From Bacteroidales bacterium (GTDB lineage: Bacteria > Bacteroidota > Bacteroidia > Bacteroidales > UBA932), in contig JAMPAT010000002.1 in assembly GCA_023667095.1 (NCBI GenBank), forward strand, positions 47,097 to 111,096: 64,000 nt of DNA, written 5' to 3'. Made by a program: the position numbers and the translations under genes. Position 1 is the first letter of the stretch, and every line of letters starts with the position of its first letter. The notes under the pieces were generated by a model. That model was not told the DNA's origin and did no database searches. It saw nothing but the letters and a program-made list of their open reading frames with translations. This document shows, in pieces, positions 47,550-57,800 of this stretch.

Positions 47550-49151
47550 ATGTACATGATTAAAAGGTCAATAACCATATTTCTGCTGACAACAGCTACG
47601 GCAGCAGGGGCACAGACAATGAACGATGCATTGAAATTCAGTGAATATGACTATGCCGGAAGTGCCAGGGCACAGGCTATGGGCAATGCAGTCACAGCGG
47701 TCGGTGGTGACCTCGGCACAATCGGCATCAACCCGGCAGGACTGGCTGTGGCAAACTGCATGCAGGTAGTTGCCTCAATGGCCATTGCAATACCGGTCCA
47801 TCGTGCAGAAGGAGTGAGTCCACATAATTTCGGGACTCCGACAAGATACGATGACTGTGAATTCCGGTTTCCGAACGGAGGATTCTCATATAGCATAAAT
47901 ACCAGACGGGCGAAGAAAATCAAGAATATAAGCCTTGGAATCATATGCAATGTAAACAATATGTACAAGGACAACACCAATGCAACAGGAAGCTGCCGTA
48001 GAAATTCCTTTGCAAGCGCACTTGCAGGCATGGCAACAGGCCTGAACAGAAATGTCCTTGGCGACCCCAATGCCTATGAAAGCTCCAATGGAGACTACTG
48101 GGAATATATCCTTGCCTACCAGGCCGGCATAATAAGTCCGTCTTCACAGGTTTCCAACACCTACACCAGCATCACGGAAGATGTCAGCTATGGTTCTGCT
48201 GAAACATGGCAGGACTACCATAGAACTATCTATGGAGAAAGATATGACTGCATAGTCAATGCCGGCATAAACATTTCCGACATGATATATCTTGGTGCAA
48301 ACATCGGAATCGCGGCACTTACGTATTCTGAAGTAAATACAATCACAGAACAGGCCGTTTTCCAGAGCAGTTTCAGCGAATATAGATTCCAGCAGTATTA
48401 CGATGTCACAGGAGTAGGAGTATATGGAAAATTCGGAATCATCGCCACTCCATATAAAGGTCTGAGGCTAGGTGCAGCAATCCAGACACCGACATCAAAC
48501 TCAATGAAGCAGCTCCGTTACATGACAGCAGTTAAGGACAGCAACAGTGAAATGCGGACCTATGACGCAATATGGACATACAGGCTTACGTCACCGATGA
48601 GGTTCAACATCGGTGCAGCATACACATTCGGCTCGCTCGCCATGGTCAGCGCAGACTATGAGGTATGTGACTACAGTTCAATGAAGATGACAGGCAGAAA
48701 ATACTCTAAAAATGCTGATTTCCATAATGTAAACAGTGAGATAGGCGACATGATGGGAGCCTCGCACATGGTAAGGGCAGGGATTGAAATCAATCCGATA
48801 GAGTGGTTTTCAATCAGGGCTGGATATGGATTCACCAGCAAGCCGGGATATTATCTTGACGGCAACGACAACAAGAGAAGGCTGTCATCTGTTCCAGAGG
48901 CCAATTCGCACAAATATTCATTCGGCATCGGCTACACAAACAAGGAGTTTTTTTACATAGACTTATCATTTACAGCCAGGCACTACGGCAGTGAATACAT
49001 TACTCCATACACAATGGCAAGACGCAATAGCAATGGGCAGATTGTTACGGACAACAGCGGCAGAGCCGTCCCGGACTACGATGCATCACCATGCATCTAC
49101 AACAACAAATGGCTATGGGTAGTGACATATACCCTTGGCTACAGATTCTAA
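47550..49151 (+). CDS. FadL/OmpP1/TodX-like outer-membrane channel, paralog of 45698-47365 (533 aa)
   Basis: Same architecture: GSARAQAMGNAVTAVGGDLGTIGINPAG; shared KFGIIATP and GAAIQTPT blocks; C-terminal LGYRF. Confidence 0.55.
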   Translation: MYMIKRSITIFLLTTATAAGAQTMNDALKFSEYDYAGSARAQAMGNAVTAVGGDLGTIGINPAGLAVANCMQVVASMAIAIPVHRAEGVSPHNFGTPTRYDDCEFRFPNGGFSYSINTRRAKKIKNISLGIICNVNNMYKDNTNATGSCRRNSFASALAGMATGLNRNVLGDPNAYESSNGDYWEYILAYQAGIISPSSQVSNTYTSITEDVSYGSAETWQDYHRTIYGERYDCIVNAGINISDMIYLGANIGIAALTYSEVNTITEQAVFQSSFSEYRFQQYYDVTGVGVYGKFGIIATPYKGLRLGAAIQTPTSNSMKQLRYMTAVKDSNSEMRTYDAIWTYRLTSPMRFNIGAAYTFGSLAMVSADYEVCDYSSMKMTGRKYSKNADFHNVNSEIGDMMGASHMVRAGIEINPIEWFSIRAGYGFTSKPGYYLDGNDNKRRLSSVPEANSHKYSFGIGYTNKEFFYIDLSFTARHYGSEYITPYTMARRNSNGQIVTDNSGRAVPDYDASPCIYNNKWLWVVTYTLGYRF

Positions 49152-49164
49152 GAAGCCACTTGCC

Positions 49165-49893
49165 TCAGAAACTCATCGAAGCCCTATAAAGCAATGAGAT
49201 GCTTTCAGGACCTTCATTGAAAAGGAGATCCATTATGGAAAGGTTGCCGATGAAGCCGTGCTTCCCGGAAAAGACCTGGAAATACGGCTTTTTCTTTCCA
49301 AGCCTCTCCAGGATGTCATTTCCCTTTTTCGGATGTATCGCACCCCTTAGGTCAACTGCATCAATGCCCTCAACTACAGGCATCCCGGTCCAGGCTCCGG
49401 AAGTGCAGATTCCGTCTGCCGGAAGGAAGTCCGTTGTCTCACGGATATCCACTGCAATGCCTATCTTCCTGGTAAAGAATCGTATAAGCAACATATTCAG
49501 TTCCCACAGGGTCTCCGGGCGGCTTTCAAGGATTGCAAACAGTTCGTCCTGGTAATATTCAAAGAATGCTGATGTCCTGTAGGCTGAGACGATAGCCCTC
49601 TCCTGCTGTCTCACCCATGGAGTGGAATAGTCAACCCTTACCTGGCATATCGGATTGCTGTGCGTGCTGTTGTCGTGTACTATAGGGAACGACAGAGCCT
49701 CCTTTCCTGCTGCTGAAAAGATATGGCAACGGTTACGGTACGACTGTTTCTGGTAATTTTCACAGGCTTCAAGATACACAATGGCTGGCTCAACGAATTT
49801 ACCCTGCCTTGAAACAGACAGGGTAAACTCAGATGCCATTGCCGCAAAATATTCAACAGGCGGCATATATGCTGTATTCAATAATATCGGCAT
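49165..49893 (-). CDS. WbqC-family protein (PF08889-like)
   Basis: N-terminal LLNTAYMPPVEYFAAM...ENYQKQSYRNRCHI matches the WbqC-family pattern (xxQPYFFPYIGYF...NRNRI); 242 aa; directly downstream of lpxA. Confidence 0.6.
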   Translation of the reverse strand: MPILLNTAYMPPVEYFAAMASEFTLSVSRQGKFVEPAIVYLEACENYQKQSYRNRCHIFSAAGKEALSFPIVHDNSTHSNPICQVRVDYSTPWVRQQERAIVSAYRTSAFFEYYQDELFAILESRPETLWELNMLLIRFFTRKIGIAVDIRETTDFLPADGICTSGAWTGMPVVEGIDAVDLRGAIHPKKGNDILERLGKKKPYFQVFSGKHGFIGNLSIMDLLFNEGPESISLLYRASMSF

Positions 49894-49924
49894 ACACAGA
49901 AAGGCCGTCTACAGCCATCGGAAA

Positions 49925-50737
49925 TTATTCAATCTCTCCCTTTGCATTGGATGAATTGCCCCTGACAATCCCCCTCTTGGAACTCCTGATGAACTCAAGG
50001 ATTGTGTCACGCTCCTCGGACTGCGGGAATCCGGACTCAATCTTTGCACATGCATCACTCACATTCATGCCTCCATAATAAATCATGTCATACATGTCCT
50101 TGATGTTGCGTATCTGGTCAGAAGAAAATCCACGTCTGCGGAGTCCGACGATATTGACTCCAGCATATGAAAGAGGCTCGCGCCCGCAAAGGATATAAGG
50201 TGGTATGTCCTTGTTGATTTTTGAGCCGCCGCCAACCATTGCATGCTTTCCTATCTTTGAGAACTGGTGAGCCATTGTACCTCCGCCAAGAATCGCCCAG
50301 TCATCCACATCAGTCTCTCCTGCGATTCCGACATAGCTGACAAGTATACAGTGGCTTCCGACTGTACAGTCATGTGCCACATGGGTATATGACATGAGGA
50401 GGGTATTGCTTCCTATTTTAGTGACTCCCTTGCCGCTTGCCTTGGTACCCCTGTTGATTGTAGCGCACTCACGTATGTTCACATTGTCACCGATTTCTAC
50501 ATAAGTAACTTCACCCTCATATTTCAGGTCCTGCGGTATAGCCCCGATAACTGCTCCCGGGAACACGCTGCAGTTTTTGCCCATCTTCACATAGTTGAAG
50601 ACTGTTGCATGGGGAAGAATCTTGCATCCGTCTCCGATTTCTACGAATTCATCAATAAAGGCATACGGGCCTATTTCAATATTGTCTCCGAGCTTTGCAT
50701 TCGGATGAACTGTTGCAAGTGGGTGGATTTTATTCAT
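49925..50737 (-). CDS. lpxA: acyl-ACP--UDP-GlcNAc O-acyltransferase LpxA
   Basis: Left-handed beta-helix hexapeptide repeats, 270 aa, conserved His region MSYTHVAHDCTVG. Confidence 0.9.
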   Translation of the reverse strand: MNKIHPLATVHPNAKLGDNIEIGPYAFIDEFVEIGDGCKILPHATVFNYVKMGKNCSVFPGAVIGAIPQDLKYEGEVTYVEIGDNVNIRECATINRGTKASGKGVTKIGSNTLLMSYTHVAHDCTVGSHCILVSYVGIAGETDVDDWAILGGGTMAHQFSKIGKHAMVGGGSKINKDIPPYILCGREPLSYAGVNIVGLRRRGFSSDQIRNIKDMYDMIYYGGMNVSDACAKIESGFPQSEERDTILEFIRSSKRGIVRGNSSNAKGEIE

Positions 50738-50739
50738 AA

Positions 50740-51654
50740 CTATTTCTGTTTCAGAAGGGCACCAAGTTCCCTTGCTGCTCTCGTATTAATTGAATGTCCT
50801 GATTTGTATGCTGTTATCCTGGCCTTGAGAAAGCCTCCGGACAGCCTCAGGTCACCTATAAGGTCAAGGAGCTTGTGCCTGGCACATTCATTCGGGAACC
50901 TGAGCTGCAGATTGTTGAGATAGCCTTCGTCCGAAATGCCAAGGAAAGGTACATTGAACAGCCTGTACATATGCTCAAGCTGCGCATCAGTGACCGGATG
51001 CTCTACAATGACAATTGCATTGTCTACATCGCCTCCCTTTATAAGGTTGTTCTTGAACAGGAACTCTATCTCATGGAAAAATACAAATGTGCGGCAGATT
51101 CCGATTTCCTCCGCATACACGACCTTTGGATCCCAATGTGCGGTCTGCACGCCAAGTACCCTTGAATTGAAGTCTATCGTAAGGTCGTACGAAGGCTCAT
51201 CTGCCGGCTCTATCTTAAGGTAGGCTCCAGTCTCTTCATTCCTTATCTCGAACGGTTCCTTGATTTCAAGATACCTGCGCGGAGCATCCTGCTCTGCAAT
51301 TCCGCTCTTCCAGATTGCATCGATATACGGCTTTGCGCTGCCGTCGAGTATAGGGACCTCCACATTGTCAATCTCGACAAGGGCATTGTCAATGCCCATT
51401 CCAGTAAGTGCGGACATTATATGTTCGACAGTGATTACCGATATTCCATCTTTCGTGATTGTCGTGCTCCTTGCTGTATTTGAGACATTGTCAGCGACAG
51501 CCTCAACGATTGCATCTTCCGAAACATCTGTCCTTAAGAACCTTATACCAAAATCAACAGGAGCAGGCTTTATCGTCATCCTTGCAACCTTTCCGGTATG
51601 AAGCCCCTTTCCCTCAAAGCAGAACTCTTTCCTGACTGTATGCTGTTGTACCAT
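50740..51654 (-). CDS. lpxC: UDP-3-O-acyl-GlcNAc deacetylase LpxC (standalone 304 aa, not fused to FabZ)
   Basis: Typical LpxC length and Zn-site region HEIEFLFKNNLIKGGDVDNAIV; stop 2 nt before the lpxA ATG, so there is no room for a FabZ domain. Confidence 0.85.
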   Translation of the reverse strand: MVQQHTVRKEFCFEGKGLHTGKVARMTIKPAPVDFGIRFLRTDVSEDAIVEAVADNVSNTARSTTITKDGISVITVEHIMSALTGMGIDNALVEIDNVEVPILDGSAKPYIDAIWKSGIAEQDAPRRYLEIKEPFEIRNEETGAYLKIEPADEPSYDLTIDFNSRVLGVQTAHWDPKVVYAEEIGICRTFVFFHEIEFLFKNNLIKGGDVDNAIVIVEHPVTDAQLEHMYRLFNVPFLGISDEGYLNNLQLRFPNECARHKLLDLIGDLRLSGGFLKARITAYKSGHSINTRAARELGALLKQK

Positions 51655-51714
51655 TACTCTATTTCAATCAATCATAAACGGTCGGCAAAAATAAGTAAAA
51701 TATTTTAATATACA

Positions 51715-52704
51715 TTATTTTTTGCCGTTCTGCCTGAAAATGGTATAGCTTCGCAGATACTCCCTGTAAGGGATTGCCGGGGTTCCCATATATGCCTGCC
51801 CTGCTTCCTTAATGTTCGTCAGGAGGCCTGACTGGGCTGAGAACGAAGTGTTGTCAGGAACTGTAAGGTGACCGGCAATGCCGACCTGGCCGCCAAGCAC
51901 GCAGTGTTTCCCGATCTTCGTGGAGCCTGCAATTCCTGTCTGGGCCGCCATGACAGTGTTCTCTCCAATCTCGACATTGTGGGCAATCTGGCATAGATTG
52001 TCAATCTTCACGCCTTTACGTATGATCGTCGAGCCCATCTGCGACTTGTCTATTGTTGTATTGGCACCGATCTCCACATCATCCTCTATAATGACATTGC
52101 CGGTATGCTCTATCTTCTTATATGAGCCGTCCTCAAGCGGTGCGAACCCGAATCCGTCTGCACCTATCACTGCATTGGAATGGATAATCACATTGTCACC
52201 TATCTCCATGCCTGGATAGATCCTTACCCCAGGATAGATGATGCAATGCGAGCCTATCCTGACATTTTCACCTATATATACATGCTCATATATCTTTGTG
52301 TAGTCCCCTACCCTTGTGTTGCGCCCGACGTAGGCAAAGTCACCGACATATACCTTTTTCCCGAACTTTGTCGAGAAATATGTCTTCGAACGGAAGCCAC
52401 GGTGGCGTCTGAAAGACCTTTTCCTTTCAGTGACATAATCAAGCAGCTCAGCGACTGCTGAATAGGCATCCTCTACCCTTATCATTGTCGCTGTGACAGG
52501 CTTCTGAGGCTTGAATGTATTGTTCACAATGATTATGTCGGCCTTGCAGTCATATACATAGTGTTCATATTTCGGGTTCGCAAAAAAGCAGATGGCCCCC
52601 GGCTTGCCGCTCTCGATTCTCGCAAATGTTGTGACCTTAGCTTCCGGATTGCCGTCCACCGTGCCTTTAAGTATCTCTGCAATTTCTTTTGCCTTGAATT
52701 CCAT
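51715..52704 (-). CDS. lpxD: UDP-3-O-acylglucosamine N-acyltransferase LpxD
   Basis: 329 aa, hexapeptide repeats, N-terminal uridine-binding domain. Confidence 0.9.
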   Translation of the reverse strand: MEFKAKEIAEILKGTVDGNPEAKVTTFARIESGKPGAICFFANPKYEHYVYDCKADIIIVNNTFKPQKPVTATMIRVEDAYSAVAELLDYVTERKRSFRRHRGFRSKTYFSTKFGKKVYVGDFAYVGRNTRVGDYTKIYEHVYIGENVRIGSHCIIYPGVRIYPGMEIGDNVIIHSNAVIGADGFGFAPLEDGSYKKIEHTGNVIIEDDVEIGANTTIDKSQMGSTIIRKGVKIDNLCQIAHNVEIGENTVMAAQTGIAGSTKIGKHCVLGGQVGIAGHLTVPDNTSFSAQSGLLTNIKEAGQAYMGTPAIPYREYLRSYTIFRQNGKK

Positions 52705-52753
52705 AGGATGTAGCAGTTATTTGTTCAAATTTTGTGTTTTAGCAAAAAAGTTA

Positions 52754-52761
52754 TACCTTTG
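52754..52761 (+). promoter_or_regulatory. candidate -7 box TACCTTTG for the rimP-nusA-infB operon
   Basis: Matches TAnnTTTG 62 nt upstream of the rimP ATG. Confidence 0.35.
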
Positions 52762-52779
52762 TCACGTGAGTTAGAGTTC

Positions 52780-52810
52780 AGGGGTCGGCAAGACCCCTTA
52801 TTTTATATAC
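52780..52810 (+). promoter_or_regulatory. leader hairpin AGGGGTC-GGCAA-GACCCCT followed by TATTTTATAT (possible attenuator in the nusA operon leader)
   Basis: Read from the sequence, between the candidate promoter and the rimP start. Confidence 0.35.
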
Positions 52811-52823
52811 ATAAGCCACGTTT

Positions 52824-53288
52824 ATGGTCATTTCAGAGATAAGAGATGCAATGGAGGATGCAATCGTTGCACGGAATTGCTTTATTGTTGAAATAAAAAT
52901 TTCAAAGGACAATGAAATCGGGCTTACAGTCGAGTCCGTGGACGGTCAGGTGGACCTTGATGACTGCGTTGCGCTTAGCCGCATATTCGAGGAGAAGTTC
53001 GACCGGGAGAAGGAAGACTATGAGCTTACAGTGTCATCGGCAGGGCTGGACCAGCCTTTCAAGGTGTCCAGGCAATATACCAAAGCCATAGGTACTATGG
53101 TGGAGGTCATGCTGAAAGGCGGGAAGAGGCTCATTGCAGAGCTTACAGGGGCAGATGAGGATGGCATACAGTTGAAATACACATCACTCGAAGCCGCCCA
53201 GGGGAAGAAAAAGAAGGAGAAGGTCGAGCACAATGACCGCTTTTCATTTGACCAGGTAAATTCAGTAAGGCCGCACATTGTATTCTGA
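52824..53288 (+). CDS. rimP: ribosome maturation factor RimP
   Basis: 154 aa; conserved position upstream of nusA; RimP N- and C-domain pattern. Confidence 0.8.
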   Translation: MVISEIRDAMEDAIVARNCFIVEIKISKDNEIGLTVESVDGQVDLDDCVALSRIFEEKFDREKEDYELTVSSAGLDQPFKVSRQYTKAIGTMVEVMLKGGKRLIAELTGADEDGIQLKYTSLEAAQGKKKKEKVEHNDRFSFDQVNSVRPHIVF

Positions 53289-53345
53289 TGCAGCCTGCAG
53301 GAATTAAAGTGACAACAGGACAAAAATAAAATACGAAATAAAGAA

Positions 53346-54581
53346 ATGGAAAAGACAGAACTTAAAGATGCGTTTTCAGAATTCAAGAACCTGAAAAACA
53401 TTGACAGGCCTACCATGATGGGAGTATTGGAGGATGTGTTCCGTACACAGCTTGCCAAGACATACGGCTCTGCCGACAATTTCGACATCATCATCAACAT
53501 TGACAAGGGTGACTGCGAGATATACTGGAACCGTGAGGTAGTCGAGGAGGTTGAAGACCCGAACACACAGATTTCAATATCTGAGGTCAACCAGGACGAG
53601 GATGACTACGAGATCGGTGAGACCTTTGCTACAAAGGTGGACATGAAAAGTTTTGGGCGCAGGGGTATCCTTAACCTCCGCCAGAATCTCCAGGGAAGGA
53701 TCATGGACATAGAGAAAGCCAACCTGTACAACAAGTACAGCGGAATGATCGGTGAGATATTCACAGGAGAGGTCTACCAGACATGGTCAAAGGAAGCGCT
53801 TATCCTTGACGAGGACGGCAACGAGCTCAGGCTTCCCAAGTCGGAGCAGATACCTGGCGAGCATTTCAAGAAGAACGACACAGTCAAGGCTATCATCAAG
53901 AGTGTCGAGATGAAGAACAACACGACTCCATATATCGTGCTTTCAAGGACATCCAACGAATTCCTTGAGAAACTGTTCGAGCAGGAAGTCCCTGAGATAT
54001 ATGACGGCCTGATCACAATAAAGAAGGTGGTGCGTGTACCTGGCGAACGTGCAAAGGTCGCTGTAGAGTCATATGATGAAAGGATTGACCCTATCGGGGC
54101 ATGTATCGGAGTCAAGGGTTCCAGGATAATCGGCATTGTACGTGAGCTCCGCAACGAAAACATAGACGTCCTCCAGTGGACCGGCAACACACAGCTCCTC
54201 ATCCAGAGGGCGCTCAATCCTGCCAAGATATCTTCCATCATAATTGGAGGTGAAGATGAGAAGATAAAGGTGTACATGCACCCGGACGAGGTAAAGAAAG
54301 GTATCGGAAAAGGCGGATGCAACATAAAGCTTGCAGGAATGCTCGTCGGAAAGGAAATCGAGGTATGGAGAGAGCAGGAGGAGGAAGACGATGTACTCCT
54401 TAGCGAATTCAGCAACGAAATCGACCAGTGGATCATAGACAAGCTCCAGTCAATAGGCTGCGACACAGCAAAGAGCGTACTCGCTTGTTCACAGGCTGAC
54501 ATTGCAAAGAGGGCTGACCTTGAAGACGAGACAGTTGCCGAGATATTCAGTGTCCTCAGCGCAGAATTCGAGGAAGACTAA
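53346..54581 (+). CDS. nusA: transcription termination/antitermination factor NusA
   Basis: 411 aa; S1 and KH domains (GACIGVKGSRI, GKGGCNIKLAG). Confidence 0.95.
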   Translation: MEKTELKDAFSEFKNLKNIDRPTMMGVLEDVFRTQLAKTYGSADNFDIIINIDKGDCEIYWNREVVEEVEDPNTQISISEVNQDEDDYEIGETFATKVDMKSFGRRGILNLRQNLQGRIMDIEKANLYNKYSGMIGEIFTGEVYQTWSKEALILDEDGNELRLPKSEQIPGEHFKKNDTVKAIIKSVEMKNNTTPYIVLSRTSNEFLEKLFEQEVPEIYDGLITIKKVVRVPGERAKVAVESYDERIDPIGACIGVKGSRIIGIVRELRNENIDVLQWTGNTQLLIQRALNPAKISSIIIGGEDEKIKVYMHPDEVKKGIGKGGCNIKLAGMLVGKEIEVWREQEEEDDVLLSEFSNEIDQWIIDKLQSIGCDTAKSVLACSQADIAKRADLEDETVAEIFSVLSAEFEED

Positions 54582-54635
54582 CAGAAAAACACACAGTGAC
54601 TACAGGTCACATATTTATAAACTAAAGGGGTAAAT

Positions 54636-57563
54636 ATGGCAGATATCAGATTAAGTAAACTTACAAAACAATTCAACATAGGGCTTTCAACCCTTGTAGA
54701 CTTCCTTGCCGGGAAAGGTGTAGAGGTCGAGATGAATCCGAATGCAAAGATTTCGGAGGAATATCTTCCGGCTATCATGGACAAGTTCGGCGAGGAGCAG
54801 AAGCTGAAACAGGATTCGGAAAAGGTAACCATCAAGCTCAAGGAGATAATAAAGATGGGTGCACACAAGAAAAGCCCCGAAACTGTTGAGGAGGAATACG
54901 AACCGGAAATCATCATCAAGGGCAACAGCATTGCTCCTGAACCCCCTGCTGCAAAACCGGAAGCTGTTCCCGTACAGGAGACTGTGGATGTACCCGTTCA
55001 GCAGCCGGAACCGTCTGAAGAACCGGAGACAACAGACGCACAGGTTCTGGAACCTGTGCCTGTACCTGTCGCGGAACCAAAGGAGAAGAAGCAGGAACAG
55101 CCCGCAGAAATTCAAGGGCTGAAGGTCATAGACAAGATTGACCTTACAAGATTTGAGAAAAAGCCAGCAAAGAAGGAGGAGAAGCTGTCCGCTCCAACCC
55201 CGGCGGAGAAAGCCACTGCTCCTGAACCTGCCAATAAACCTAAAGTTGAACCAGCAGAAAAACCTAAGGACATGAACGCAGGAAAACCTGCACAGAGCCA
55301 GGCCAAGAAGCCAGAGAACAGACAGGAACAGAAAACTGAGCAAAGGCATGAGCCGAGGCAGATGAAAGTTGAAGTGCAGAAACTGGCAGGCCCGGTCGTA
55401 GTAGACAAGATTGACCTGTCGAAATTCGATACAAAGAAAAGCAGCAGCAAAAAGCGCGAAAGAATCGGAAAGGGAGGCAGCAAGATTGATGTCACCAAGG
55501 TCCAGGCCGACAGCAACGGAGGCAAAAAGGACAAAAAGTCCGAGGACAATGCAGCCAGGAAGAACAATTTCCGCGATGACAAGAAAAGCAGGAGGAACCG
55601 AGGCAATGACAACAGGTTCAAGCCAGCGATGACCGAGGCGGAAACGGAGGAGATGCAGAAGCAGATCCAGAAGCAGATCAAGGAGACGTACGCCAGGATG
55701 AATGAGAACAAGGGCAAGAACAACTTCGGAGCAAAGCACCGTAAGGAAAAGAGGGAGCTTGCCTCGCAGAAGATGCAGGAGGAAATCGAACTTCAGGAAA
55801 TGGAAAAGAAAGTTCTGAAAGTTACAGAGTTCGTTACAGTAAACGACCTCGCTACCCTCATGCACAACACCCCTGTGACCAAAGTCATCGGAGCATGCAT
55901 GAATCTCGGGCTCATGGTATCCATCAACCAGAGGCTTGATGCCGAGGCGCTTGTACTTGTAGCCGAGGAATTCGGGTATGAAGTTGAGTTCGTGACTGCT
56001 GAACTGACAGAAGCTATCGAGCAGGAAACTGAGGATGATGGTGACATCGCTCCAAGGCCGCCAGTAATCACTGTCATGGGACATGTTGACCACGGCAAGA
56101 CTTCATTGCTTGACTATATCCGTAAGTCGAATGTCATTGCCGGAGAGGCAGGAGGCATCACCCAGCACATCGGTGCATACAATGTAATACTCCCGGACGG
56201 GAAACGTATCACATTCCTTGACACTCCAGGACATGAGGCCTTCACAGCAATGCGTGCACGCGGTGCAAAGATGACTGACCTTGCCATCATCATCATTGCA
56301 GCTGACGATGCGATAATGCCGCAGACAACAGAGGCAATTAACCACGCACAGGCGGCAGGAGTACCTATGATTTTCGCTATCAACAAGATAGACAAACCTG
56401 GTGCAAATCCTGACAAGATCAAGGAACAGCTTGCAAACATGAATATCCTTGTAGAGGACTGGGGCGGTAAATACCAGTGCCAGGAGATTTCCGCAAAGAA
56501 GGGAGTCAATGTGGACAAGCTTCTTGACAAGGTACTCCTTGAGGCTGAATTGCTTGAGCTCAAAGCCAACCCTGGCAGGAGAGCAGCAGGTGCTGTCATC
56601 GAATCATCCCTTGACAAGGGACGTGGATACCTCGCCACAGTGCTCGTGCAGAACGGTACAATGAGGGTCGGTGACATCATGCTCAGCGGATGCTACACCG
56701 GAAGGGTAAAGGCAATGTTCAACGAGCGTGGACAGAAAGTCGACGAGGCAGGCCCTTCAACACCGGTATCTGTCCTTGGACTCAACGGAGCACCGACAGC
56801 AGGTGAGACATTCAATGTAATGGCCGATGAGAAAGAGGCAAAGGATATTGCAAACAAGAGGGAGCAGCTGATAAGGATACAGGGCATCAAGACCCAGAAG
56901 CACATGACACTGGAGGAAATAGGACGCCGCATAGCCATCGGAAACTTCAAGGAACTGAACATTATTGTCAAGGGAGACGTGGACGGTTCTATCGAGGCCC
57001 TTTCCGATTCATTGCTCAAGCTCTCTACAGAAGAGGTACGCGTCAATGTAATCCACAAGGCAGTAGGTGCAATCTCCGAGTCAGATGTACTTCTTGCTGC
57101 GGCTTCTGATGCAATCATCATCGGTTTCCAGGTACGTCCGTCTGCAAATGCAAGAAGGCTTGCTGAGAAAGAGGCAATCGAGATAAGGCTCTATTCTGTC
57201 ATCTACGATGCAATCAACGAGGTCAAGAGCGGTATCGAAGGCATGCTTGAGCCTGAGGAGAAGGAAGAGATTACAGCAACGGCAGAGGTTCAGGAGACAT
57301 TCAAGATTTCCAAGGTAGGTACTATCGCAGGATGTATCGTCAGGGAAGGAAAGCTCAGCAAAACGGCCAAAGTACGCGTAATACGTGATGGAATCGTAGT
57401 CTATACCGGAGAACTCGGATCATTGAAGAGGTTCAAGGACGATGTCAAGGAAGTCAATACAGGCTTGGATTGCGGACTTAACATCAATGGCTACAATGAT
57501 ATCAAGGTCGGAGACATAATTGAGGCATACACTATCATTGAAATCAAGAGGACACTCCAATAG
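54636..57563 (+). CDS. infB: translation initiation factor IF-2
   Basis: 975 aa; charged low-complexity N-region; GTPase G1 [12 protein letters not shown]3 DTPGH, G4 NKID. Confidence 0.95.
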   Translation: MADIRLSKLTKQFNIGLSTLVDFLAGKGVEVEMNPNAKISEEYLPAIMDKFGEEQKLKQDSEKVTIKLKEIIKMGAHKKSPETVEEEYEPEIIIKGNSIAPEPPAAKPEAVPVQETVDVPVQQPEPSEEPETTDAQVLEPVPVPVAEPKEKKQEQPAEIQGLKVIDKIDLTRFEKKPAKKEEKLSAPTPAEKATAPEPANKPKVEPAEKPKDMNAGKPAQSQAKKPENRQEQKTEQRHEPRQMKVEVQKLAGPVVVDKIDLSKFDTKKSSSKKRERIGKGGSKIDVTKVQADSNGGKKDKKSEDNAARKNNFRDDKKSRRNRGNDNRFKPAMTEAETEEMQKQIQKQIKETYARMNENKGKNNFGAKHRKEKRELASQKMQEEIELQEMEKKVLKVTEFVTVNDLATLMHNTPVTKVIGACMNLGLMVSINQRLDAEALVLVAEEFGYEVEFVTAELTEAIEQETEDDGDIAPRPPVITVMGHVDHGKTSLLDYIRKSNVIAGEAGGITQHIGAYNVILPDGKRITFLDTPGHEAFTAMRARGAKMTDLAIIIIAADDAIMPQTTEAINHAQAAGVPMIFAINKIDKPGANPDKIKEQLANMNILVEDWGGKYQCQEISAKKGVNVDKLLDKVLLEAELLELKANPGRRAAGAVIESSLDKGRGYLATVLVQNGTMRVGDIMLSGCYTGRVKAMFNERGQKVDEAGPSTPVSVLGLNGAPTAGETFNVMADEKEAKDIANKREQLIRIQGIKTQKHMTLEEIGRRIAIGNFKELNIIVKGDVDGSIEALSDSLLKLSTEEVRVNVIHKAVGAISESDVLLAAASDAIIIGFQVRPSANARRLAEKEAIEIRLYSVIYDAINEVKSGIEGMLEPEEKEEITATAEVQETFKISKVGTIAGCIVREGKLSKTAKVRVIRDGIVVYTGELGSLKRFKDDVKEVNTGLDCGLNINGYNDIKVGDIIEAYTIIEIKRTLQ

Positions 57564-57586
57564 CCTTCAGCCAAAGCGATAGGATT

Positions 57587-57622
57587 AAAGTCACCTTTGC
57601 CAGGACAGAGGTGACTTTTTTT
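57587..57622 (+). terminator. rho-independent terminator of the infB operon (10-bp stem AAAGTCACCT/AGGTGACTTT, then T7)
   Basis: Read from the sequence. Confidence 0.7.
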
Positions 57623-57800
57623 GATAGATGCCAACTTTTATATAGCCGCAGGATACCGGTACCGACTTGTATGTATTTAATGAGGAATAATACCTACAAA
57701 ATGGTACAGCAATCGTACTAATTACATATTTTTGACTATATTTGCCCAGGTTAGCAGTGTTGTAATCAGCAGAAACCGGTTTGGTTATTCTATTTATTGG

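Noticed and set aside
54687-56093. 468-aa minus-strand ORF (plus 203-, 188- and 142-aa ORFs) antisense to infB
   Set aside because: Low-complexity translation (Leu/Phe/Arg runs) opposite a highly conserved IF-2 gene whose GTPase motifs are intact on the + strand. An artefact of the charged, repetitive N-terminal region.
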